From contig JASGJN010000017.1 in assembly GCA_049840735.1 (NCBI GenBank), positions 512,001-576,000 on the forward strand: 64,000 bases of DNA. Reading direction: 5' to 3'. Source of the stretch: Anaeromyxobacter sp. (GTDB taxonomy: Bacteria; Myxococcota; Myxococcia; Myxococcales; Anaeromyxobacteraceae). A program made the translations under genes and the position numbers. Numbering within the stretch: the stretch's first letter is position 1; each line of letters begins with the position of its first letter. Positions 10,488 through 19,727 of this stretch are shown here, piece after piece. The notes beneath the pieces are model-generated. The model saw nothing but the letters and a program-made list of their open reading frames with translations. It was not told the origin of the DNA and did not search any database.

Positions 10488-11872
10488 GCCACCTCGACGC
10501 CGGCGACGGGGGCCACCGCCGCGGGGCGGAGCGCCTGCTCCGCGACGACCCGGGCCACCGCCGCCGGCCGCTGGCCAGGCACCGGCACGCCCAGGCGCGC
10601 CACCTCCTCCTCCAGCGCCGTCACCAGCACGCCGGGCTCCTCCAGCGCCGCCACGTCGGCGCGGACGCCGATCCGCACCTCGCCGGCGTAGGACAGGATG
10701 CTCACGCCCAGGCCCAGCGTGGCCGGGTGCGGGACCCAGAACATCATCCGGTCCAGCGCCTCGCCGGCCAGCTTGAGCGGCACCGGCGGGCCGGCCACGT
10801 TGGTCACCACCAGCGAGGCCTTGCGGGAGAAGAACGAGGTGCCGAGCCGCTCCAGCGCGGAGGGGAGCAGGCCGAAGGCCCCCAGCAGCGTCAGGGCCAC
10901 CAGCGCGTCCGGCCCGTGCTTGATGGCCTCGAAGCGGGCGTGGATGGCCGCCAGCCGGCCCGCCGCGGTGGGGAGCCGGACCGGCAGGTCGATGAAGACC
11001 AGGCCGAAGGCGTTGCCCAGCCCCGCGCCGGCCGGGCCGGAGCGCGTGTTGACCGGCACCAGCGCGCGGGGCTCGAGCACGTCCACCGGATCGCCGGCCC
11101 GGTCCAGCACCGCACGCAACGCGCCGGCCAGCGCCGCCAGCAGCAGCTCGTTGACGCTGGCGCCGCCGCGGTGGGCCGCGTCGCGCACCGCCGGCAGCGG
11201 CAGGCCGCGGGTCCAGGCCACGCGGCGGGTGCCGGAGAGCGGCCGGTTGAGAACGCTCTCGCGGTCGAACGGGAGCGTGGCCATCCGGGCCAGCGAGGTG
11301 GCGAAGGCGCCGGCGTCGCGCGCCAGCCGGATCGCCGCGGCCGGCTCGGTGACCGCCTTGACCAGCCCCGTCCAGCCGTCGTGCGTGAAGGCCAGGTCGC
11401 GGAAGGCCAGCGGCGCCGGCGCCAGCTCCGCCACCGGCTCATCCGCCAGCGACCGGAGCAGCGCCACCAGCGCCTGGCCGTCGCCCATGCAGTGGTGCAG
11501 CTTCACCGCCAGCGCGGCGCCCGCGCCGGTGTCCACCAGCCGCATGCGCCAGGGCGGCCGGCCCGGCTCGAGCGGCGTGGTGGCCAGGCCGGAGAGCAGG
11601 TCGCGCAGCGCCTCGTCCCCTTCGACGCTCGCCTGGTCCAGGTGGCGGTCGAGCGAGAAGGACGGATCCGGCTCCCAGGCCGGGCCGGCGGCGGACTCGT
11701 GGATGCGCTGGCGGAACCGCTCGTTGGCCAGCAGCCGGTCCTCGACCAGCCCGCGGACGCGGTCGTACGGGACTCCGCGGCCGAACCCGAGCAGCGAGAC
11801 GATGTCGGCGGTGTTGCGCGGCCAATCCATGTGCAGCCAGGCCGCGTCCACCCTGCGCATGGGTTCGGGCAT
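10178..11872 (-). CDS. Wax ester synthase/diacylglycerol acyltransferase (WS/DGAT)
   Basis: VDAAWLHMD, catalytic HHCMGDG (HHxxxDG), LVPVNTR, GNAFG, VVTNVAGP, GLGVSILSYAG; the last ~130 codons are low-complexity and partly overlap the convergent GNAT gene. Confidence 0.9.
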   Translation of the reverse strand: MPEPMRRVDAAWLHMDWPRNTADIVSLLGFGRGVPYDRVRGLVEDRLLANERFRQRIHESAAGPAWEPDPSFSLDRHLDQASVEGDEALRDLLSGLATTPLEPGRPPWRMRLVDTGAGAALAVKLHHCMGDGQALVALLRSLADEPVAELAPAPLAFRDLAFTHDGWTGLVKAVTEPAAAIRLARDAGAFATSLARMATLPFDRESVLNRPLSGTRRVAWTRGLPLPAVRDAAHRGGASVNELLLAALAGALRAVLDRAGDPVDVLEPRALVPVNTRSGPAGAGLGNAFGLVFIDLPVRLPTAAGRLAAIHARFEAIKHGPDALVALTLLGAFGLLPSALERLGTSFFSRKASLVVTNVAGPPVPLKLAGEALDRMMFWVPHPATLGLGVSILSYAGEVRIGVRADVAALEEPGVLVTALEEEVARLGVPVPGQRPAAVARVVAEQALRPAAVAPVAGVEVAQPAAALSAAAAAGGPPAERPARKGRAAARATAPAEERKGSTAAPTRRSGRSGSKSSQGARRSSGPGAPRASRTTAADQPLSPRGTRARGASDGRMKPNPRRS

Positions 11873-11979
11873 GTGGTTCCCCCTGCTGAGGCCGCTCCCT
11901 TTGTACGCCCGGAGTGTTCATGGCCCGCGTGATAACGCGGGGCCGCCCCGATAGGCCGGTGGGCCCAGGGCGTGGGCCC

Positions 11980-12014
11980 CAGGCCTCAGGCGTCAGGCCT
12001 CAGGTGCCAGGCGC
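11980..12014. repeat. Five degenerate 7-bp tandem units (CAGGCCT/CAGGCGT type)
   Basis: caggcct caggcgt caggcct caggtgc caggcgc; related heptamers at 26924-26944. Confidence 0.5.
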
Positions 12015-12097
12015 AGCGTGCTGAGGCGCTGTCGCGACAAACGCCCGGGCGGGAGTGGAGGGAACGGCGGCGTGGGCGGAACGGCGGGGAGCCACGG

Positions 12098-12144
12098 GGG
12101 TGGGGGCCCCGGCACGTGGCCGGCGGAGGGGACGCAGTCCCCTC
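12098..12144. repeat. REP-like intergenic palindromic element (family A)
   Basis: GGGTGGGGGCCCC-hairpin-GGCGGAGGGGACGCAGTCCCCTC; related copies at 32732-32774 and 32836-32884. Confidence 0.55.
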
Positions 12145-12563
12145 TACCTACTGTTGAAACGGAGCGTCGCCAGCTCGTCGAGCGCCTTGCGCTCGCGCTT
12201 CTCGCGGTCGCTGACGATCTCCGCGCGCTTCTTCTCCTGGGCGCGCCGGGCCACCTCGGCCTGGCGGTGGGCGGCGGTGTAGCCGGCCCGGGCCGTGGCC
12301 TCGTGCGTCTCCGCCTGCGCCAGCTGCTCGCGGGCCCGCGCCACCTGCTGCAGGGCGCGGACGTGGGCGTGCTCCTCCAGCAGCCACAGCTCGGCCGCGC
12401 CCGGCGCCCGGGCGTCCACGCGGGCGCTCTGCTGCGCCCCGGCCAGCCGCTGGGCGGCGTGGTCGCGCCCGGTCTGCGCGCGGGCCAGCGTCTCGAGCGC
12501 GCTCTCCTCGGTGCGCTCGCGGACGGTCACCAGTCGATCGAGGCGGGTCTTGGGGGGCGCCAT
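12144..12563 (-). CDS. fliJ: Flagellar export chaperone FliJ
   Basis: 139-aa coiled coil; RLDRLVTVRERTEE...ERKALDELATLRF; GAGGA RBS. Confidence 0.8.
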   Translation of the reverse strand: MAPPKTRLDRLVTVRERTEESALETLARAQTGRDHAAQRLAGAQQSARVDARAPGAAELWLLEEHAHVRALQQVARAREQLAQAETHEATARAGYTAAHRQAEVARRAQEKKRAEIVSDREKRERKALDELATLRFNSR

Positions 12564-12719
12564 GTCCTCTTCCTCTTCGGCACGCCGGGCCGGCACGCCT
12601 GAGCACTTACACGCGCCGTGCCGGCGGACCCGGGGGCCCGGCCATTCCTGCCCACCGCGCCGCGCGGCCTGCGCGCAGTGAGCCGTTGCACGGCCCGCGC
12701 CGCGTCGGCCGATTGACGG

Positions 12720-12735
12720 TGGCATGCCCCCTGCT
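12720..12735 (+). promoter_or_regulatory. Putative sigma54 promoter of the flgF operon
   Basis: TGGCATGCCCCCTGCT (TGGCA...TGC, GG-N10-GC), 24 nt upstream of flgF ATG. Confidence 0.65.
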
Positions 12736-12759
12736 CTTAGGCCGCCCGGAGACAGATCC

Positions 12760-13476
12760 ATGGCAGACGGCATCTACGTGAGCATGTGCGGCGCGGTGGC
12801 GAGGGCGGAGCAGCTCGACGCCATCGCCGACAACCTCGCCAACGCCCAGACCCCCGGCTTCAAGGCCGCGCGGCCGGCGTTCGAGAGCTTCATGGGCAAG
12901 GGGCTGGAAGCCGCGCAGGACAAGCATTATCCGGCCGCCGTGGCCACCGGCTTCGACCTCCGCCCCGGCCCCACCTCGCAGACCGGGAACCCGCTCGACG
13001 TGATCCCCGGCGACGGCCTCTTCCTGACGGTGCGGACCGCCGGTGGGGCGACCGCCTACACGCGCGACGGCCGCCTGACGCTCGACGCCGACGGCCGCCT
13101 GACCACCGGCGGCCGGCCGGTCCTGGACCGGACCGGGCAGCCCATCGTCGTCCCCCCCGATCAGCCCATCCGGATCGACTCCACCGGCAAGGTGCTGGCC
13201 GGGGAGGAAGAGGTCGCGGAGCTGGGTCTGGCGGGTCTCGCGGGTCCGGTGGACCGGGTCGGCCCTGCCCTGCTGGCCCCGGGCACCGGCGGCCGCGTCC
13301 TGCCCTGCACGCAGGGCTCGGTGCGCATCGGCGAGATCGAGCTGGGCAACGCCTCGGCGCTCGAGGCCACCGTCCAGATGGTCACCGCGCAGCGCAACTA
13401 CGACGCCTCGATGACGGCGATCCAGACGTACCAGAAGCTCGACCAGCGCGCCGTCGAGGTGGCGCGGGTCCGCTAG
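12760..13476 (+). CDS. flgF: Flagellar basal-body rod protein FlgF
   Basis: LDAIADNLANAQTPGFK, TGNPLDV, YTRDG, MVTAQRNYD. Confidence 0.9.
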   Translation: MADGIYVSMCGAVARAEQLDAIADNLANAQTPGFKAARPAFESFMGKGLEAAQDKHYPAAVATGFDLRPGPTSQTGNPLDVIPGDGLFLTVRTAGGATAYTRDGRLTLDADGRLTTGGRPVLDRTGQPIVVPPDQPIRIDSTGKVLAGEEEVAELGLAGLAGPVDRVGPALLAPGTGGRVLPCTQGSVRIGEIELGNASALEATVQMVTAQRNYDASMTAIQTYQKLDQRAVEVARVR

Positions 13477-13493
13477 CCAGGAAGGAACGACCG

Positions 13494-14279
13494 ATGCTCC
13501 GCTCGCTCTACACCGCCGCCACCGGGATGGAAGCCCAGCAGCTCCGGATGGACGTCATCGCCAACAACCTCTCCAACACCAGCACCACCGGCTTCAAGAA
13601 GGTGCGGGCCGAGTTCGAGGATCTCCTGAGCGAGACGCTCAAGGGGGCCGAGGCGCCGGACCCGCGCGGCGGGACCAGCCCCACGCCGCTGCAGGTGGGC
13701 CTGGGCGTTCGCAACGGCGCCACCACCCGGAACTTCGGGCAGGGCGACATGGTCACCACCAACAACCCGCTCGACGTCGCCATCGAGGGCCAGGGCTTCC
13801 TGCGCGTCACCCGCCCCGGGGGCGAGCCGGCCTACACCCGCGCCGGCAACCTGCGCGTGGACGAGAACGGGCGGCTGGTGACGGTGCGCGGCGACCTGCT
13901 CGATCCCGAGATCACCTTCCCCCCCGACACCATGCAGGTGAGCATCCGCGCCGACGGCACCGTCCTGGCCAAGGTGGCCAGCGAGGAGGAGCCGCGCGAG
14001 GTGGGCCAGCTCGAGCTGGCCACGTTTACCAACCCGGCCGGCCTCGAGGCCATCGGCGGCAACCTGCTGGTGCAGACCGCCGCCAGCGGCGAGGCCCAGC
14101 TGCTGAGGCCCGGCGAGCAGGGCGCGGGCACGCTCGCCCAGGGGATGCTCGAGGGCTCCAACGTGAAGGCGGTGGAGGAGATGATCGACATGATCTCCAC
14201 CCAGCGCGCCTACGAGCTCAACTCGCGCGTCATCACCACCGCCGACCAGATGCTGCAGAAGCTCACCCAGCTCCGCTAG
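13494..14279 (+). CDS. flgG: Flagellar distal rod protein FlgG
   Basis: MLRSLYTAATGMEAQQLRMDVIANNLSN..FEDLL..LQVGLGV..LEGSNVKAVEEMIDMISTQRAYELNS. Confidence 0.96.
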   Translation: MLRSLYTAATGMEAQQLRMDVIANNLSNTSTTGFKKVRAEFEDLLSETLKGAEAPDPRGGTSPTPLQVGLGVRNGATTRNFGQGDMVTTNNPLDVAIEGQGFLRVTRPGGEPAYTRAGNLRVDENGRLVTVRGDLLDPEITFPPDTMQVSIRADGTVLAKVASEEEPREVGQLELATFTNPAGLEAIGGNLLVQTAASGEAQLLRPGEQGAGTLAQGMLEGSNVKAVEEMIDMISTQRAYELNSRVITTADQMLQKLTQLR

Positions 14280-14284
14280 CCACC

Positions 14285-14926
14285 ATGTCCGCCCTGCTCG
14301 CCCTCACCCTCGCCGCCGCCGCCCCGGGCCTCGCGCCCGCGGACGGCCCCGACGCCGCCCTGGCCGGGCAGGCCGTGGCCGCGGCGCTGGCCGTGGACGG
14401 GCGGGCCGAGCTGCTGGGGGTGCGCCGCACCAGCGGCGGCCGCTGCGAGGCCCGCCGCGCCGAGGCGCTCCGCCCGGTGGCGGCCTCCGGCGAGATCACG
14501 CTGCGCCTCTCCGGCGCCGACGCGGCCGGCCAGCCCTGCGAGGCCTTCGCCTGGGCCCGGGTCCGCGTGCTGGCGCCGGCGCTGGTCCTCTCCCGCGACC
14601 TGCCCGCCGGCGAGCCGCTGGACGGCGCGGTGGCGCCGGGCGAGGCCGAGGTGCTCCCGGCGCGCGCCCCGCTGGCCACGCTCCAGGACGGCGCCCGCGC
14701 CTCGCACGCGCTGGCCGCCGGCGCCGTGCTCCGGGCCGGCGACGTCCGCCTGGGCCCGGCGCCCGGGGAGCCCATCGCGGTGCGCGTGGTCTCGGGCGAG
14801 ATCCAGCTCACCACCACCGGCCGCGCCGTGGCCTGTCCCCGCGGCCGCGCCTGCGCCCTCCTGCCCAGCGGCCGCCGCGTCGAGGGCCGGCTCGCGGGCG
14901 ACACCCTGATCGTGGAGGCTCCATGA
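14285..14926 (+). CDS. flgA: P-ring formation chaperone FlgA
   Basis: Signal peptide, SAF-like VLSRDLPAGEPL, C-terminal SGRRVEG; between flgG and flgH. Confidence 0.7.
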   Translation: MSALLALTLAAAAPGLAPADGPDAALAGQAVAAALAVDGRAELLGVRRTSGGRCEARRAEALRPVAASGEITLRLSGADAAGQPCEAFAWARVRVLAPALVLSRDLPAGEPLDGAVAPGEAEVLPARAPLATLQDGARASHALAAGAVLRAGDVRLGPAPGEPIAVRVVSGEIQLTTTGRAVACPRGRACALLPSGRRVEGRLAGDTLIVEAP

Positions 14927-15609
14927 GCGCCGCGCGCCCCCTGCCGCTCGCCGCGGCCGCCCTGCTCCTCTCCGCCTGCGCCTCGACCGTGCCGCACGTG
15001 GGCGAGTACAAGCCGCGCCAGCGCCAGTACGAGGTCCCGGCCGCCGCGGCCGCCGGGAACGAGTCGGCCGCGCCCGGCTCGCTCTGGCGCGACGGCGCCC
15101 CGCAGTCGCTGCTCTTCACCGACGCCCGCGCCTTCCGCGAGAACGACCTGGTGGTCATCAAGGTGGAGGAGATTGCCGACGCCAAGCGCTCCTCCGACAC
15201 CGACCTCTCCCGCCAGCAGGGCGCCGCCGGGACCATCAACTTCAGCATGGACGGCAAGCCGGCCATCCCGGTCATCGACGGCAAGGCCACCACCGACACC
15301 ACGTTCAGGGGGCTGGGCTCGACGGGCCGCACCGAGCGGCTCATCGCCACCGTGCCGGCCGTGGTCCGCAAGGTGCTGCCCAACGGCAACCTGTTCGTCG
15401 AGGGGCACCGCGTGGTGCTGGTGAACAACGAGGAGCAGCACTTCTACATCTCCGGCGTGGTCCGCCCCATCGACATCGACGGCCAGAACTCCATCCGCTC
15501 CAGCATGGTGGCGGACGCCGAGATTGAGTTCACCGGCCGCGGCATCCTCTCGGACAACCAGAAGAAGGGCTGGGCCTCCCGCTACCTGGGCTGGCTCTGG
15601 CCGTTCTGA
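14923..15609 (+). CDS. flgH: Flagellar L-ring protein FlgH
   Basis: Lipobox LSAC; GSLW, LFTDARA, VLPNGNLFVEG, ISGVVRPIDI, C-terminal WPF. Confidence 0.95.
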   Translation: MSAARPLPLAAAALLLSACASTVPHVGEYKPRQRQYEVPAAAAAGNESAAPGSLWRDGAPQSLLFTDARAFRENDLVVIKVEEIADAKRSSDTDLSRQQGAAGTINFSMDGKPAIPVIDGKATTDTTFRGLGSTGRTERLIATVPAVVRKVLPNGNLFVEGHRVVLVNNEEQHFYISGVVRPIDIDGQNSIRSSMVADAEIEFTGRGILSDNQKKGWASRYLGWLWPF

Positions 15610-15617
15610 GGCGCGCC

Positions 15618-16724
15618 ATGACCCGCTCCCCCTTCACCGCCCTGCTGGCCGCCCTGGCGCTCGCCGCGCCCGCGCCGGCGCGCGCCGCCCGCGTCAAGGA
15701 GCTGGCCGACGTGGTGGGCGTGCGCGAGAACGCGCTGGTCGGCTACGGCCTGGTGGTCGGCCTGGCCGGCACCGGCGACACGCAGCGCGTGCTCTTCACC
15801 CAGCAGTCCATCGCCAGCCTGCTGGGTCGCCTCGGCATCCGGGTGGACCCCAACGACGTCCGCTCGCGCAACGTGGCCGCGGTGATGGTCACGGCCAAGC
15901 TGCCCCCCTTCGCCCGCCCCGGCACCAAGATCGACGTGGCGGTGGCCTCCATGGGCAACGCCCGGTCGCTGGCCGGCGGCGTGCTGCTGGTCACCCCGCT
16001 CACCGGCGGCGACGGCCGCGTCTACGCCGTCAGCCAGGGGCCGGTCCAGGTGGCCGGCTTCGACGCGGGCACGTTCAACGCGCGGACCACCAAGAACACC
16101 CCCACCTCCGGCCGCATCGCCGGCGGCGCGGTGGTGGAGCGGGGCGTGGAGCTGGACCTGGGCGCCACCCCGCTCACGCTGGCGCTGCGCTCGCCCGACC
16201 TGACCACGGCCAGCCGCATCGCCTCCGCCGTGAACGCCAAGCTGGGCGCCGGCACCGCCAAGGCGGTGGACCCGGCCGCCGTGACGCTCACCACCCCCGA
16301 GGCCCGCAAGGCCGACCTGGTCGGCTTCCTGGCCGAGGTGGAGGTGCTGGAGGTCCAGGCCGACCAGCGCGCCCGCGTGGTGGTCTCCGAGCGCACCGGC
16401 ACGCTGGTGGCCGGCGAGGGCGTGCGGCTCCGCCCGGTGGTGGTGGCGCACGGCGGGCTCGAGGTGCGCATCCAGCGCGACCCGGTCATCTCGCAGCCGG
16501 CGCCGTTCAGCTACAACGGCCGGACGGTCCGGGCCTCGCAGGACACCACCGAGACCACCGAGGTCTACGGCGCCGGCGCGGTGGCGCTGCCCGCCACCTC
16601 CACGGTCGAGGACCTGGCCAAGGCGCTCAACCTGCTGGGCGTCAGCCCGCGCGACCTGGTGGCGGTGCTGGAGGCCATCAAGGCGGCCGGCGCGCTCGAC
16701 GCCGAGCTCGAGGTGCTGGAGTGA
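15618..16724 (+). CDS. flgI: Flagellar P-ring protein FlgI
   Basis: RVKELADVVGVRENALVGYGLVVGLAGTGD; NVAAVMVTA; ERTGTLVAG; AIKAAGAL. Confidence 0.97.
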   Translation: MTRSPFTALLAALALAAPAPARAARVKELADVVGVRENALVGYGLVVGLAGTGDTQRVLFTQQSIASLLGRLGIRVDPNDVRSRNVAAVMVTAKLPPFARPGTKIDVAVASMGNARSLAGGVLLVTPLTGGDGRVYAVSQGPVQVAGFDAGTFNARTTKNTPTSGRIAGGAVVERGVELDLGATPLTLALRSPDLTTASRIASAVNAKLGAGTAKAVDPAAVTLTTPEARKADLVGFLAEVEVLEVQADQRARVVVSERTGTLVAGEGVRLRPVVVAHGGLEVRIQRDPVISQPAPFSYNGRTVRASQDTTETTEVYGAGAVALPATSTVEDLAKALNLLGVSPRDLVAVLEAIKAAGALDAELEVLE

Positions 16725-17494
16725 GGCTGGACCGCGCCAGCGCGGGGCCCTCCCCCTCCGCCGACGGCGCGGCCGACCCGCGGCTGCGCCAGGCCGCCCG
16801 CGACCTGGAGGGGCTGCTGCTCAAGCAGGTCCTCAAGTCCAGCGGAGCGTTCACCGGTGGTGATAGCCCCGGCAGCGCCGTCCGCGCCGACCTGTTCGTG
16901 GACACGCTGGCCGAGGCGGTGGAGGACGCCGGCGGGCTGGGCCTCGCCGACGGGCTGGTGCGCTCGTTCACCGGCCAGGCCGGTCCTGCGCCCTCCCCTT
17001 CGACCCACCCGGCCCTGGCCGTCACCCCCCGCCGCCCGGCCTCGATGCCGCCCGCAGGGGACTCCACCCTGGCGGCCCTGCTGCCCGTGGCCGGACGGGT
17101 GACCAGCCCGTTCGGCGGGCGCACCGATCCCTTCACCGGCGCACACGCGGACCACCACGGCGTGGACGTGGGGGCGCCGGAGGGCACGCCCATCGTCGCC
17201 ACCGCCGCCGGCGTGGTCCGGACCGCCGGCGAGCGCGGCGGCTACGGCAACGCGGTGGAGATCGACCACGGCAACGGGGTCACCACGCTGTACGGCCATG
17301 CGGCGCAACTGCTCGTCTCCCCTGGAGAAAGGGTCGAGGCGGGGCAGGAGATCGCCACCGTGGGCTCGACCGGTCGCTCGACCGGCCCCCACGTCCACTT
17401 CGAGGTTCGTGAGGGAGGTCGGCCGGTGGATCCGGCCCGAGTCCTTAAGGCTTACGTGCGGCGTGCCGAAGACGTCACCAGGAGCGGACCCTGA
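16721..17494 (+). CDS. flgJ: FlgJ rod-binding domain fused to an M23 metallopeptidase
   Basis: GTG overlaps flgI stop; N-terminal LRQAARDLEGLLLKQVLKS...GGLGLAD; C-terminal HHGVD (HxxxD), YGH, STGPHVHFE (HxH). Confidence 0.85.
   Translation: MRLDRASAGPSPSADGAADPRLRQAARDLEGLLLKQVLKSSGAFTGGDSPGSAVRADLFVDTLAEAVEDAGGLGLADGLVRSFTGQAGPAPSPSTHPALAVTPRRPASMPPAGDSTLAALLPVAGRVTSPFGGRTDPFTGAHADHHGVDVGAPEGTPIVATAAGVVRTAGERGGYGNAVEIDHGNGVTTLYGHAAQLLVSPGERVEAGQEIATVGSTGRSTGPHVHFEVREGGRPVDPARVLKAYVRRAEDVTRSGP
17446..17472 (+). promoter_or_regulatory. Putative sigma28 promoter for flgM-N-K-L, inside the 3' end of flgJ
   Basis: TAAG-N15-GCCGAAGA versus consensus TAAA-N15-GCCGATAA. Confidence 0.65.
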
Positions 17495-17508
17495 CCAAGG
17501 AGGACAAC

Positions 17509-17819
17509 ATGAAGGTCAAGGACGCCAGTGAGGTTCGCCGCCTGGACGCGAACAAGCCGACCGAGTCGAAGAAGACCCGGGAAGGCAGCGCCCCCAGCAC
17601 GACGGACAAGGTGTCGACCGACTCCAAGGCGCAGCTCGACGCCGCCACTTCGGCGGCGCGGACGGCGCTCGGCAGCAGCAGGAACGTGAGGCTGGAGGCC
17701 ATCGAGGCCGCCGTTCGCCAGGGCACCTTCAAGCCCGATCCCCAGCGGATCGCGCAGAGATCCTCGACGACGCGGAGCTGTCCGCGATGCTCCAGGCCAT
17801 GCTCAAGCAGGACGGGTAA
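17509..17819 (+). CDS. flgM: Anti-sigma28 factor FlgM (apparent frameshift ~17757)
   Basis: DKVST...RLEAIEAAVRQGTFKPDPQRIAQ, then ILDDAELSAML in the shifted frame; AAGGAGG RBS. Confidence 0.85.
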
Positions 17820-17834
17820 CCGGGGAACGGACCG

Positions 17835-18308
17835 ATGCTCGAGGAAGCCCTCGCCACCACCATCGCGCTCAGGAGCGTGCTCGAGTCCGAGGTGGAGCGG
17901 GCGCGGGCGGAGCGCGAGGTGCTGCGCACCCTCGACTCGGACCGGCTCTTCGCCGGCGCCGCCGCCCGGGCAGGCTTCAACGCCCGGGTCGCGGAGCTGG
18001 AAGGACGGCTCGCCGCCGATCTCGGGCGGGCCGCCGGTACGCTCGGCCTCACCGAGGTGACGCTGGCCCGCCTGGCCGAGCGCGCACCCGCCCAGACCGC
18101 GGCCCTGTCCCGCGCGCTGGCGGACGTCCGCGCGCTCGCAGCGGCCCTGGCGGAGCTGGACCGGCTGAACCTGCTGCTCGCCGGCCGCGCCCTCGCCTGC
18201 GTCCAGTCCTACCTCACCGCCCTCCAGCCGCCGCCCACCGCCTACGACAGGCGGGGCGCGCGCGCCAGCACCGCGCCCTCGCGCGGAACGCACTGGAGCA
18301 AGGTGTAG
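17835..18308 (+). CDS. flgN: Flagellar export chaperone FlgN
   Basis: Helical; LDRLNLLL and C-terminal AYDRRG; between flgM and flgK. Confidence 0.8.
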   Translation: MLEEALATTIALRSVLESEVERARAEREVLRTLDSDRLFAGAAARAGFNARVAELEGRLAADLGRAAGTLGLTEVTLARLAERAPAQTAALSRALADVRALAAALAELDRLNLLLAGRALACVQSYLTALQPPPTAYDRRGARASTAPSRGTHWSKV

Positions 18309-18327
18309 CGTAGGAGGACTTTGCGTC

Positions 18328-19717
18328 ATGACAGATTTGCTGCGGATCCTCTCGTCGAGCGCGTCGAGCCTCTCGGCGCAGACGGCGGCGACCGCCACCG
18401 CTTCCCACAACCTCCAGAACGCCAACACCCCCGGGTACGCGCGGCAGCGCGCCAACCTCCAGGCGGTCCTGCCCGCCGAGCTGCTGGGCGGCGCCTACAT
18501 CGGCCGCGGCGCCCTGCTGGGCACGGTTCTCGCAGGCGCGGGACCGGTTCCTGGAGGCGCAGATCCCGGCCGCCTGGGGCCAGGCCACCCGCTCCAGCAC
18601 CGGCGCCTCGGTGCTCCAGTCGGTGCACACGCTCGACCCGGAGGTCTCCGGCGGCCTGGGCGACGCCCTCTCCAGCTTCTACGCCTCGCTGCGCCAGCTC
18701 TCGCAGAACGCCTCCGACCCCAGCCTGCGGCAGGCCGCGGTGGGCTCGGCGCGCAGCCTGGCCATGGCCTTCAACCGCACGCGGCAGGAGCTGGAGGACG
18801 CCCGCAGCGGCACCGACGCCCGCATCGCGGCGGACGTCAGCGAGGTCAACGATCTGGCCAGGAGCGTCGCCTCGCTCAACGCGCAGGTGCGGGCCGGCCG
18901 CGCCAGCGGCGCCGAGCCCAACGACCTGCTCGACGCCCGGCAGAAGGCGGTGGACCGGCTGGCCGAGCTGACCGGCGCCACGCCCGTCACCACCAGCGAG
19001 GGCGACCAGTCGGTCTTCCTGGCCGGCGGCGCGGCGCTGGTGACCGGCGTCCACGCCTCGACGCTGACCGCCACCGCCGACATCACCAACGGCGGGCACC
19101 TGGCGCTGGCGGTGGTGAACGGCACCGTCACCCAGGCCGTCTCGCCCGGCGGCGACATCGGCGGGCTGCTCGACGCCCGCGACGGCGCCCTCCGGGACGC
19201 GGTGACCTCGGTGGACCAGCTGGCCTGGGACCTGGCCGGCGCGCTCAACGCCGTGCACCAGGGCGGCCAGGGGCTGGACGGCTCCACCGGCAACGCCCTG
19301 TTCGACCGCGGCGCGGCCGTGGCCGGCGCGGCCGGCCGGCTGGTGGTCTCGGCCGCGGTGCTGGCCGACTCGCGCGCGCTGGCCACCGCCGCGGTGGGCG
19401 GCGGAAGCGGCGACGCACGCAACGCCCTGCTGCTGGTGGGGACCGAGGCCACCGCCCTGACCGGCGGCCTCGACGCCGGCGCCTCCCTCTCGCAGCTCAC
19501 CGCCGCCTTCGGCTCCGCCACCCGCACCCTGCAGGCCTCCGCCGACGCGGACGCGTCGATGAAGGAGAACCTCCAGGCCATGCGCGAGTCCACCTCGGGC
19601 GTGTCCATCGACGAGGAGCTGATCGAGATGCAGAAGGCGCAGCGCGCCTACCAGGCGATCAGCAAGGTGATCCAGACGTCGAGCGACATGTTCGACACCC
19701 TCCTCCAGCTCAAGTAG
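18328..19717 (+). CDS. flgK: Hook-associated protein FlgK (apparent frameshift ~18527)
   Basis: SHNLQNANTPGYARQR; PNDLLDAR; SGVSIDEELIEMQKAQRAYQA. Confidence 0.93.
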
Positions 19718-19727
19718 CGAGGCGACC

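Noticed and set aside
12608..12624. Sigma54 promoter for fliJ (CGGCACGGCGCGTGTA, minus strand)
   Set aside because: The -12 dinucleotide is GT rather than the near-invariant GC
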